Positions 9,398-18,225 of a stretch of 64,000 bases of DNA are shown in pieces. The notes under the pieces were generated by a model. That model was not told the DNA's origin, did not search any database, and saw nothing but the letters and a program-made list of their open reading frames with translations. The DNA is from a virus. A program made the position numbers and the translations under genes. Position 1 is the stretch's first letter, and each line of letters begins with the position of its first letter. The stretch covers positions 25,325 to 89,324 of IMG/VR virus record IMGVR_UViG_3300006735_000020. One strand, 5' to 3'.

Positions 9398-10705
9398 TTA
9401 TTGTGCAAGCCCAGCTAACACGTTAAGGGTATCATCCATTTCCTCACCTACCTCCACATCATCAGCTTGCTCAATTGTTAATGTAGAATAATCAATTCTC
9501 ATAGCCTGAGTATTACCTCTTGGACCGTATCGATTTTTCATCATACCTAAACGTATAACCCCTATACCTCTATCTTCTTCATTCTGAAAGATAGAAATAA
9601 TAGCATCAGCAGTAGCAGCAAGACCAATAGATTCAGAAATAGTCGCTAAGTCAGGGTTATCTGTATCGAACCCTGCTCTATTCAATTGAGTAGCTGAAAT
9701 AATAGGACAATTAAACAAGTAGCTCATAGCACGTACTTGCTCAGTTACATGCTTGATACGTTCATATGAATTATTACCCACAGTAGAGTGCATTAGGTTA
9801 AGGTAGTCTAATACAATAGCATCTAACTTAATACCTTGCTCTTCAAACTTTTTAACAAACGCTTTAAGTTGATTTGCGGTAATAGTTGCAGGCGGAAACT
9901 CCTTAATAAAAATTTTACCACCGTGCTGATTCATCCCATGTTTAATACTTGCAGAGTTTTGAGCTAGCTCCTTCATTGGAATCTTAGTAACATTACTACA
10001 AATACGTCTAGCATACAATAGCTCAGACATTTCTAAAGTAACCAATAGAACGTTTTTACCTTCTTCAGCTATATTACTAGCAATATTACCAAGAAAGATA
10101 GATTTACCAATATTAGTTTCACCAGCAAAGACATACAAGGCTTTACCTGCTTCTAAAAAGCCACCACCCAAGCAATTGTCTAACCATTCCCATTTACTAG
10201 GAACATATCTTTCAACAGAGTTAAGATCATCAATAAGCTTATCAACATCGCCGTAAAAGTCTAAACCAAGATCAGTTACAAGATTAATATTACAAGACTT
10301 TTCAAACTTATCTAGTACTACGGATGTATCTACTTTACCACTCGATACATCTTCTGCAACATTAAGCATTGTATGATAGACAGCCTTTTCTTTAAGGAAC
10401 TGCTCGGTATTATCATACAACTCGTCTTTATCTAAAGTATTATCAATATCAGAAAACGACTTAACAAGTTCCTTAAATGACTCTTTTTGCTCGTCAGAAA
10501 CAAGATAAGATTTTATTTCAGTAGCAGTAGGAAGTTTATTCCTCTTTTCAGAAAAGTCTTTGATAATATCAAAGATACTAGCAATCGATTTATTTTTAAA
10601 GTATTCAGGCTTTACAAAATCAGCAATAGAAGCCAGGTAACCACTATCAGTAAGAGACTTATAAATAAGAATATTTTCGAAATAATCTAAGTCTAATTTA
10701 CTCAC
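9398..10705 (-). CDS. gp41: Replicative DnaB-like helicase (gp41)
   Basis: AGETNIGKS Walker A, TLEMSE, LDYLNLM, SATQLNR, SESIGL, KNRYG. Confidence 0.95.
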   Translation of the reverse strand: MSKLDLDYFENILIYKSLTDSGYLASIADFVKPEYFKNKSIASIFDIIKDFSEKRNKLPTATEIKSYLVSDEQKESFKELVKSFSDIDNTLDKDELYDNTEQFLKEKAVYHTMLNVAEDVSSGKVDTSVVLDKFEKSCNINLVTDLGLDFYGDVDKLIDDLNSVERYVPSKWEWLDNCLGGGFLEAGKALYVFAGETNIGKSIFLGNIASNIAEEGKNVLLVTLEMSELLYARRICSNVTKIPMKELAQNSASIKHGMNQHGGKIFIKEFPPATITANQLKAFVKKFEEQGIKLDAIVLDYLNLMHSTVGNNSYERIKHVTEQVRAMSYLFNCPIISATQLNRAGFDTDNPDLATISESIGLAATADAIISIFQNEEDRGIGVIRLGMMKNRYGPRGNTQAMRIDYSTLTIEQADDVEVGEEMDDTLNVLAGLAQ

Positions 10706-10724
10706 AATTTAATGGTATAATAGT

Positions 10725-11384
10725 TTATTGAGTTTTCCACTTCTCGAGAAACCAGTCTTCACCTTTTTGAAACTCTTCAGTAAACTCTGTAAGACCGGGG
10801 GATTTATGCGTTACGATAAAATCACCAACACCGACTCTAAATCCAGCTTTATGACATTGCATAGAATAATCTAAATCATAAAAATGCCACTTAGATGGAC
10901 ACGTTTCATCAAAACGTATTTTTTCAAATACCTTTCTTTTTATAACTAAAAAGACTCCGTCAATAAGAATAGCTCTATTAGGATAAAATCCAAAACCGCC
11001 CATGTGTTTTTGGCCTTCTGTACCATGAGCAACTGCACCTAATAAATTTCCACCTTCGAATCCTCCTCCGAGTAAATGCCATAACACTGGTTTTTTAAGA
11101 GTTACTTTATTACAGCCAGCTACACCTACTATATCAAATTTTTCAAAGTTTCTCTCTATTCTTTTTTCTGAAAAAGCTTCTAAGATTACATCATCGTGAA
11201 CTAAGACTAAATTTTCAACTCTCTCCTTGATTGCAAAATCGATTGCTTTGTTATATGTTTTTTGTAACGATTCTTTATTATACTCTTTCATGAAGATATC
11301 AATTCCTTCATCTTTACAAGTATTATAAAGCATTGAATCTTCCTTCTTACCTGCTGTTGCAGAAAATATAAATGTTTTACTCAT
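10725..11384 (-). CDS. Glycosyltransferase-like protein (GT-A, Glyco_tranf_2_5-like)
   Basis: YNKAI, LVHDDV, GVAG, IDGVFL, FDE...WHFYDLDYS and H-x-SPG motifs. Confidence 0.8.
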   Translation of the reverse strand: MSKTFIFSATAGKKEDSMLYNTCKDEGIDIFMKEYNKESLQKTYNKAIDFAIKERVENLVLVHDDVILEAFSEKRIERNFEKFDIVGVAGCNKVTLKKPVLWHLLGGGFEGGNLLGAVAHGTEGQKHMGGFGFYPNRAILIDGVFLVIKRKVFEKIRFDETCPSKWHFYDLDYSMQCHKAGFRVGVGDFIVTHKSPGLTEFTEEFQKGEDWFLEKWKTQ

Positions 11385-12043
11385 ACAAATGCAAATGGGG
11401 ATTTAACTTCAAAAGTACCGGCTTTATTCCAACGTTTTGTTTTTTTATTTAATTTCATTATAACACCTTCCGGTAAAACTTTATAACCAGCACCAGGCAT
11501 TGTAGTATAGTTACCTCTATTATTGTAATGTAATATAGATCCTACCCTAGCAATAAACACTTCATTCGTTTCACAATTAACAATACTCAAAGCAAATGAA
11601 CCCTCGAGCATTGATAATACTTGCTTTATAGTATTAATAGATGTTTTATTAACTTGAGAGTGTTTCTCAAGCAACTCAACTATAACAGCTGTATCGACAG
11701 GATTTTCTAGAAACTCTACATGATTTTTTCTTAGCTTCTTTTCATTTGTCAAAACACCATTATGACTCACTAACCAATTCATAGTCTCAAACGGATGAGA
11801 TGTATTATAGTTCCAAGTTCTTTTAACTGAAGTTGGAGCTTGTACATGACCTAAAAGATATTCTATGTCTTTTTTACCAGCGTAGTTAAATTTATCAAAA
11901 TCTATATCACCTTCATATTTAGCAATAAATTGATCATCATCTGATAGACATACAACACTGCTAGCAAAAGTACCACGATCCTTATTTGCGTCATATAAGA
12001 CTTCTAACATATTCCTATCGAATGATCCAAAAATTGCACACAT
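11381..12043 (-). CDS. Class II (Ntn) glutamine amidotransferase, Gat-QueC-like Gat domain
   Basis: N-terminal MCAIFG, RG, GH..APT, HPF, HNGVL, DT and GSFA motifs. Confidence 0.85.
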   Translation of the reverse strand: MCAIFGSFDRNMLEVLYDANKDRGTFASSVVCLSDDDQFIAKYEGDIDFDKFNYAGKKDIEYLLGHVQAPTSVKRTWNYNTSHPFETMNWLVSHNGVLTNEKKLRKNHVEFLENPVDTAVIVELLEKHSQVNKTSINTIKQVLSMLEGSFALSIVNCETNEVFIARVGSILHYNNRGNYTTMPGAGYKVLPEGVIMKLNKKTKRWNKAGTFEVKSPFAFV

Positions 12044-12072
12044 AATTTATGTTAATATATTCTATGCAATAA

Positions 12073-12525
12073 TCAATCTTCCCAATCGAACTTAAATCCT
12101 GGCTCCCACATATGTGAATTATCAACATATTTACTCATAGTACCTTCAGGTCCCTCAGCTCTAACTCTTTCGCAAATTTTTCTCATTCGTAATGAATGCG
12201 CACTTGGTTCAGCGATAGATTGTCTATGCTCCTTAGGTATCCTCCAAAACAAATCAATATTACCATATCTCTTGTCTTTGGCTAGACTATAATCCGGGTA
12301 ATCGACACCATCAATAGTAAACCATTTTTTCTTTTTCTTTTTAGTTTTTTCGATTCCTAGATTCTTAAGTGTCTTTCTACCTAGACCCTTTACCTTAAAC
12401 AGATCGTCATTGTTTCTAAAAGGCCTAAAGCCTAAAACACGTTTAGCTGTGGTCCTCCCTACACCAGGTAGTTTACACAGTTCTTTTTCAGTCATTTTAT
12501 TAAAATCCTTATAATTTAGCTTCAT
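12073..12525 (-). CDS. Helix-hairpin-helix DNA-binding protein (ComEA-like)
   Basis: Tandem HhH motifs LPGVGRTTAKRV and VKGLGRKTL; Lys tract. Confidence 0.8.
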   Translation of the reverse strand: MKLNYKDFNKMTEKELCKLPGVGRTTAKRVLGFRPFRNNDDLFKVKGLGRKTLKNLGIEKTKKKKKKWFTIDGVDYPDYSLAKDKRYGNIDLFWRIPKEHRQSIAEPSAHSLRMRKICERVRAEGPEGTMSKYVDNSHMWEPGFKFDWED

Positions 12526-12528
12526 GGG

Positions 12529-12536
12529 TATAAATA
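12529..12536 (+). promoter_or_regulatory. T4-type late promoter TATAAATA
   Basis: Exact consensus 6 nt before ATG 12543. Confidence 0.75.
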
Positions 12537-12542
12537 TATTAT

Positions 12543-13928
12543 ATGAGTTCCTTCGATTTTACCGATAATTTTAGCGGCTTTAATGATTTATTCAACAGGG
12601 CAGAGTTCCTTACGGAAGCTAAAAAGTCACCTTACGCTAAATACCACCCTTCTTTTGGTGGTGTTACTAAAGATCTAAGATCTGCTGGGTTCAGTTCTGC
12701 TCCGTTGGATACAATTAACTTTATTAGAACAGCACTGTATAACTTAGAGCTTATAAGCGATGACGAGTTAGCTGCTGCTAAGAGAGGAGCTGGGTTTGCT
12801 GCCAAAAAGCAAAATCTTCTAGCTTTATTGGATGCAAAAGAGGATGTTATCGAACAAAATAAAGACGCAATTGCTAAAGAAGTTGAAGATAATCTCGCTC
12901 GTTATATTAACAGAGCAACAACTGATAGAGGTAGAGAAGAAAAATATGCAGCACAAAAAGCTGCTTTGGAATTAGCTAAAGACATTAAAGCAGGTGAAGA
13001 TATGGGTGATGCTGTTGAAGGCGCTGTAGGTCAAATGGATGCTGCAGAATCTGAGTTAGCTCAAAGTTTGGAAATGTCAAAAAAAGATCCAACAACATTT
13101 ATTGAGATTAAAATTAGAGATGCTGAGCGTGTTGAAGATGTTGGTAATATTGTCTCTAAGTATGCTAATGAAGATGGGTTAGATATTAGTGGTAATACAG
13201 TTCAGTTTTCAGTTGACCCAGATACTCCATTAGCTAATGCTGTTACAGCACACGGTATTGATAAAATTGAAGCAGCGTTAAAGAGAGACGTTGATAAGAT
13301 TAGTGATAGTGTAGTTGTTGTTATGTCACCAGATGAAGATTACGAGGAGATGGGATATGGTTTTGATAGTCCGGAAGAGCCTGATGAGTATTCAATGGGT
13401 GAAGAAGGTGGTGGAATTACTGAAGTAGAAGATGCAGAAGATCTTAGCGCTAAGAAAGCTAGAGCAGGAAAAGATATCGGTAAACCAGGAAAGAATTTCT
13501 CTAAAATAGCAAAAAGCGCTGGTAAAAAGTATGGCTCAAAAGCAGCTGGAGAAAGAGTAGCTGGTGCTGTATTAGCTAAGATGAGAGGTAATTACGAGGG
13601 TGCCGAGGACCTTGATCACTTCTTAACTAAAGAGCAGCCAGAGGATTATGTTCCATCAACTGATTATGAAGACGTGTTAGATGATCTTGTTAACAAGGAT
13701 AAAGAAAAGCATGCTATGAAGAAGCTTAGCAATGAAGATGAAGAAGATGCTATAGTAATGCAACCAATGCTTGAGTCACATAAGACAGATACATCTGCAT
13801 ATCTTACAGAGCAATCAGCTTCAGATAAACGTAATAAGAAAACGGAGATTGAACCTCAATCCTTTAAGGAAAAATACAAGCCAAAAACATCTTGGCAGTT
13901 AGAAGAGCTTAGACGCTACGGTCTCTAA
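12543..13928 (+). CDS. Late multi-segment protein, putative head internal polyprotein
   Basis: Late promoter; FLTEAKK; alternating acidic and basic segments separated by EDxE-like motifs. Confidence 0.7.
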   Translation: MSSFDFTDNFSGFNDLFNRAEFLTEAKKSPYAKYHPSFGGVTKDLRSAGFSSAPLDTINFIRTALYNLELISDDELAAAKRGAGFAAKKQNLLALLDAKEDVIEQNKDAIAKEVEDNLARYINRATTDRGREEKYAAQKAALELAKDIKAGEDMGDAVEGAVGQMDAAESELAQSLEMSKKDPTTFIEIKIRDAERVEDVGNIVSKYANEDGLDISGNTVQFSVDPDTPLANAVTAHGIDKIEAALKRDVDKISDSVVVVMSPDEDYEEMGYGFDSPEEPDEYSMGEEGGGITEVEDAEDLSAKKARAGKDIGKPGKNFSKIAKSAGKKYGSKAAGERVAGAVLAKMRGNYEGAEDLDHFLTKEQPEDYVPSTDYEDVLDDLVNKDKEKHAMKKLSNEDEEDAIVMQPMLESHKTDTSAYLTEQSASDKRNKKTEIEPQSFKEKYKPKTSWQLEELRRYGL

Positions 13929-14683
13929 GCACACTCTTTGCAATTATTTTCTTCGTACAGTTTATCCAACTTTTCTTGTTGGACATAGGCGATAGGATCT
14001 TTTAAACCGGCATCCACAAACCCTTTTACTCTCATACTACTAGACGGCGTAGTAGCATCTGCTAGTTTATCTTTTCTATCTGAATAACAAGTCCAAGTAT
14101 CTTTATACTTAACACCAAGTCTAGCCCCCTCTTTAATAATTTCAGCTTTAGACATTTCAAGCAACGGAGCTTCAATTACAACTCTATTTTCTCTATTAAG
14201 ATCTGTAACGTTATTAACCACATCTACAAACTCTTCACTACCATCCCAGTACCCAGCTAAGGAATCTACCTGAGCCGCACCATACCAAACAGTATCAGCA
14301 CCAACACTTTCAGCATACGAAGAGCAGATAGATAAAAACATTAAGTTTCGAAACGGTACATATGATACAGGTTGTGCATCACCAGCCATTTCACTAATAT
14401 TGGGATTATCAATATCTTCATTAGTTAAAGATGAAGTAGGAGCAATATCTCTAATGTATTTTACATCTAAGACCTTATTAGTTACCTCTAAATTAAACCA
14501 ACCGGAAAACTGCTCGTTAAAATTATTAATTTGTTTATTAACACACGTTAATTCACGTTTATGTCGCTGACCATAATCAAAAGTTAGAGTATGTATTTCT
14601 TCATAACCTCTATCTTGTGCCATATACAACAGCACAGACGAGTCCATTCCACCGCTAAGAGTTAATACTAGTTTACGTTTCAT
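13925..14683 (-). CDS. queC: 7-cyano-7-deazaguanine synthase QueC
   Basis: LSGGMDS PP-loop, FDYGQRH..E, YVPFRN, SKAEI and TWTCY motifs. Confidence 0.93.
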   Translation of the reverse strand: MKRKLVLTLSGGMDSSVLLYMAQDRGYEEIHTLTFDYGQRHKRELTCVNKQINNFNEQFSGWFNLEVTNKVLDVKYIRDIAPTSSLTNEDIDNPNISEMAGDAQPVSYVPFRNLMFLSICSSYAESVGADTVWYGAAQVDSLAGYWDGSEEFVDVVNNVTDLNRENRVVIEAPLLEMSKAEIIKEGARLGVKYKDTWTCYSDRKDKLADATTPSSSMRVKGFVDAGLKDPIAYVQQEKLDKLYEENNCKECA

Positions 14684-15374
14684 TAATTATAAAAGCTTTA
14701 CAGAAGGTACCGTATCTTAAAAATTCTTCTGTTTTAATATTTTTATTTTCTTCCAAAAATTCTTTAAATGCTAATCGTTCACCTTTATTCCTATCACCTT
14801 TAAAGTGAAACCAATCATCAAATAAAATTATACTACCTGGAACTAGTTTATCTCTAATTAAATTTAGTACAGTCTTTGTGCTAGTATATAAATCACAATC
14901 TATATGTACAATAGCAATTTTCGAAATATCATTAATTTCTAGATCTTCAAAATAGCCTGGTCTAATAATAGGTGTTTGTAAATTATAATGTGAAAAGAAG
15001 TTAACTACCTTCTCAGGCGTCACATCTTCACCATAACCAATTAAAGGGTGAAAAGAATGATTAACTTTAAAGACGCCTTTTTCCCATCTTGGATGCCCTT
15101 CTGAATCTTGTAACCCTTCAAAACTATCAAACCCATAAATTTTTCTATTTATGCTACTTTTTCTATTATGTTGATTTTCGTCTTGAAAGTATTGTTGATG
15201 AGAGTATGCTAGACTAGCTAAGCTCCTTCCCGTGTAACATCCAAACTCACATATATCACCTGGTACGAGTTCGTAGTTAATAAACCTCACAGCTTTTTTA
15301 AAAGCTTCATGACGAATATCACTTAATATCTGTTCGCGAAATTTATGACCAATTTTCATTATGTTATTTATCAC
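14673..15374 (-). CDS. TylF/MycF-family O-methyltransferase
   Basis: GDICEFGCYTG, GFDSFEGL, GYF, HIDCDLY and GSIILFDDW motifs. Confidence 0.88.
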   Translation of the reverse strand: MINNIMKIGHKFREQILSDIRHEAFKKAVRFINYELVPGDICEFGCYTGRSLASLAYSHQQYFQDENQHNRKSSINRKIYGFDSFEGLQDSEGHPRWEKGVFKVNHSFHPLIGYGEDVTPEKVVNFFSHYNLQTPIIRPGYFEDLEINDISKIAIVHIDCDLYTSTKTVLNLIRDKLVPGSIILFDDWFHFKGDRNKGERLAFKEFLEENKNIKTEEFLRYGTFCKAFIINET

Positions 15375-16479
15375 TGTCTAATAAATCTTCTAATCCAATC
15401 TCATCAGGAGCTTCTTCCCCTTCTTTATTACTATATGACCACTCATCTTTAATTCTTTCTTCTAACTTAGGTAAAATAGTTTCCTCCCAAAGCTTTTCAT
15501 CTTTACGCCAATTTTTATAATATCCTAACTTTTTACCATCTTCAAGTTGATAGGTAGCTCCAGTTTGTATCACTGCTCCTACTCCAACTGCTAAGTCCAC
15601 TAGTCCGTAGTACCTATCTAAACCAGTAGAGAAAGAAAGATACATTTCACCCTCTAGGTATTGTTTGATAAATCTATTTTTACGAGTTAAAGCTCTAATA
15701 ATAATACCAGAGTATTTTTTCTGACCAACAGCTAACTCACCATCAACAGTTTTACCACCATCCGATTTCATAGGCTTACGCGCTAATTGTACAGTTACTG
15801 ATGGTAGATATACACATGATTTACCACCCGGCATATTTTTTTCAATAGAAGGAAACAATGCAGTAGGGTCGTCGTATACATGGTTAGTACAGAGGATTGT
15901 AGTCTGAGTAATAGCACCTAAGTTGGTACAAGTTTGCATTAAGGTTTTCATAGCTCGAGCTTTAGTACCCATATCAGATGAAGTACTATCTTTACTCATA
16001 CGACTGAGTTCAAGTTCAGATTGTAAATTAGCAAGAGAATCAATAGCTACAATAAACTTACCTTCGAGTCCCTTCTCTTTAACAGAAGTAAGAAATTTAT
16101 ATAGAGCGTTTCTTGCTTGTTCAATACTAGTAGTAGGTACGTATTTTACTTTACTAATATCTAAACCGAGTCTCTCTGCACCATCTGGATCAATAGCATT
16201 TTCAGTATCAAAAATAACAGGAGTAAGACCTTCTTGCTGTGCTTTAGCTAGAATTTTTTGAACAAACAATGACTTACCGGTCATAGATTCACCAGCGAGC
16301 ATAGTTACTCTACCTTTAGGAATTCCACCATTAATTGAACCAGAAATAATCGCATTTAACACATATGATCCAGTATCAATCCATTCTCCAACATGACTAA
16401 GAGTATTATTATCGAGGTAGGTAGCAAAAGGGTTTACTTTATCTATAGCGTCTAATGCGCTAGCAATATCTTTATCCAT
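15364..16479 (-). CDS. uvsX: RecA-like recombinase UvsX
   Basis: DTGSYVLNAIISG, AGESMTGKS, FDTE, IDSL, DMG and TNHVY motifs. Confidence 0.93.
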   Translation of the reverse strand: MDKDIASALDAIDKVNPFATYLDNNTLSHVGEWIDTGSYVLNAIISGSINGGIPKGRVTMLAGESMTGKSLFVQKILAKAQQEGLTPVIFDTENAIDPDGAERLGLDISKVKYVPTTSIEQARNALYKFLTSVKEKGLEGKFIVAIDSLANLQSELELSRMSKDSTSSDMGTKARAMKTLMQTCTNLGAITQTTILCTNHVYDDPTALFPSIEKNMPGGKSCVYLPSVTVQLARKPMKSDGGKTVDGELAVGQKKYSGIIIRALTRKNRFIKQYLEGEMYLSFSTGLDRYYGLVDLAVGVGAVIQTGATYQLEDGKKLGYYKNWRKDEKLWEETILPKLEERIKDEWSYSNKEGEEAPDEIGLEDLLDSDK

Positions 16480-16487
16480 ATATAAGA

Positions 16488-16805
16488 TTATATTTTCTTA
16501 TATATGCTTTTCAACTGTTTAATTTGCTCTAATAGATGGAATACATTAGTTACTTTTATTCTATCTGTTTGTATTGTCATTGGATAGTTTAATTCTGTAT
16601 CAATACGTATACCTTCTACGTCACATTCCGGTGTAACCATATCATCTACAAAGTCATATAAACCTTGACTCTTGAGACTTTTATAGTGATAATCAATTAA
16701 TGGTCTAGTTGTCTCAACTACAACGTCAGCATCAACCATCATTGTTAGATACCTAAAGTATAGCCCCTCATTTGTGGTTAAATCAGCTATAATTATAAGA
16801 TTCAC
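16488..16805 (-). CDS. Hypothetical protein
   Basis: GTG start with TATAAATA (16811-16818) 5 nt upstream. Confidence 0.6.
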   Translation of the reverse strand: MNLIIIADLTTNEGLYFRYLTMMVDADVVVETTRPLIDYHYKSLKSQGLYDFVDDMVTPECDVEGIRIDTELNYPMTIQTDRIKVTNVFHLLEQIKQLKSIYKKI

Positions 16806-16823
16806 ACTTATATTTATAGATAA

Positions 16824-16847
16824 AAAAAGCCCCTTTCGGGGCTTTTT
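16824..16847. terminator. Intrinsic terminator (bidirectional-capable)
   Basis: AAAAAGCCCC-TTTC-GGGGCTTTTT; on the minus strand a GAAA loop followed by T7. Confidence 0.9.
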
Positions 16848-16850
16848 AAA

Positions 16851-17045
16851 GAGGTGGGTGAGAGGATTGTCTGGTTACCTCCAACTTTCAGTTAGGCAAG
16901 ATGCAGTTTCATCTTTTTACCTACTTGTACCCCGCATTATACACATAATAGTCAGTTGACCCTCCATGTAAGTCAGCAGTCCCCTTAACACTCTTGCTTA
17001 AAATGTTTATTCAGGCACACCCGGGTTTGGGCTAGCTAAGCCCAT
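16851..17045 (-). ncRNA. Candidate structured non-coding RNA (family unrecognised)
   Basis: GC-richer intergenic tract with several hairpins enclosed by GGGUG/CACCC, followed directly by a terminator. Confidence 0.6.
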
Positions 17046-17052
17046 TTAAATT

Positions 17053-17463
17053 TTAGACTGTATATGTTTTAATATATTCTTCTTTTTTCCTACGAGGTAC
17101 ATCTACCTCAAGGACTCCATTGATATAAGTGAAGTTAATCTTGTTAAGATCAAACTCTCTCCCGACTGAGAACGACCTATTATAGGTTTGTTCTTTTTCA
17201 CCATCATGAGCCTTAACCTTACGTTTAGCTTTGATGTAGACCTCACGTTGGTCAGTGTCTGTCGAAAGATCTAGATCATCTTTCGCAACTCCAGGTAAAT
17301 CGATCTGCACACTTAGTGTGTCTTCGTCTGAAGAAAATCGAACTTGATCACCTGTCTTGTAAACTTCTTCCAATTGATGAAAGACAGGTGTTAAGTTAAA
17401 AAAGCCATCAAAGGCTCTTTCGATTTCAGCAATTGGGTTATGTGTATATTTAGTTAGTTTCAT
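17053..17463 (-). CDS. Small heat-shock protein Hsp20
   Basis: IDLPGV, RSF and Y.NGVLEVDVP alpha-crystallin motifs; TAAATA 8 nt upstream. Confidence 0.9.
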   Translation of the reverse strand: MKLTKYTHNPIAEIERAFDGFFNLTPVFHQLEEVYKTGDQVRFSSDEDTLSVQIDLPGVAKDDLDLSTDTDQREVYIKAKRKVKAHDGEKEQTYNRSFSVGREFDLNKINFTYINGVLEVDVPRRKKEEYIKTYTV

Positions 17464-17503
17464 AGTAAAAGTATTTATTACACAGTATATATTTTTTTAT
17501 CAA

Positions 17504-17866
17504 TTAATCATCAAAAAGTTTAATTACTTCTGGCTCTTCTGTAGGAGCTTGCTCTTGAATGGGCGGTTGTGGGTTATTAATGTTTTCGTACTGCGTGATA
17601 ATTCTTTCATCAAGCTCGACATCAGAAGTACTAATAGAACTCTTGGTAAACGTCCAGTTGTTCTTATCTTTGTCTTTTAAGAACTCCATAAAGATATATG
17701 GAAAGGACTGTACTTGAAGTTGACCAGATTGTGGATCAGGTTGTACGTGAATAATCACAGGATTAAACAATGTAATTGTTTTTGGATCCTCTTTAGTGAC
17801 GGTACCTACAACTGTACGTCCAATATGATCAATAATAGTTTTGATTGTTGGTTTTTTGTCTGCCAT
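17504..17866 (-). CDS. Hypothetical protein (Sm-like beta fold possible)
   Basis: 120-aa ORF with TGGATT-N16-TAAAAT upstream. Confidence 0.65.
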   Translation of the reverse strand: MADKKPTIKTIIDHIGRTVVGTVTKEDPKTITLFNPVIIHVQPDPQSGQLQVQSFPYIFMEFLKDKDKNNWTFTKSSISTSDVELDERIITQYENINNPQPPIQEQAPTEEPEVIKLFDD

Positions 17867-17900
17867 AATAATATTTTAAATTAAATTTTGTAAAAATCCA

Positions 17901-18218
17901 CTAACCTTTTTGATATCTTAGTGTATCTGCTACTTTAATTGCTTCATCAAGCGCTTCTTTTGCTTGCTTTGAAAGGTATGTAGATTTGTCTGATGCATGT
18001 GATAGGGCATCTCTCAGAAGAAAAACTGATCTCCTAATTTTTTCAATCTCCGGGGAGTTAATAGTTCCGGAACCATCGTCGTTGCCGGTGATTACATCTT
18101 TTAAGATTGCTAATGTTTCTAATATACCTTGGATTTTACCTCTATTAAACGCAGGGTGTGCGTTTCGAGTATTATCATCTTCAGGTCTGTCTGTATATCC
18201 GCCGGGTTGTAATGCCAT
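17901..18218 (-). CDS. Hypothetical late protein
   Basis: Start moved to ATG 18218 (MALQPGG), 8 nt after TAAATA (18227-18232). Confidence 0.6.
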   Translation of the reverse strand: MALQPGGYTDRPEDDNTRNAHPAFNRGKIQGILETLAILKDVITGNDDGSGTINSPEIEKIRRSVFLLRDALSHASDKSTYLSKQAKEALDEAIKVADTLRYQKG

Positions 18219-18225
18219 AATGTTC

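Noticed and set aside
16774-16959. 61-aa plus-strand ORF over the ncRNA candidate
   Set aside because: It crosses a terminator, overlaps a minus-strand gene and has no promoter motif or protein-like composition.
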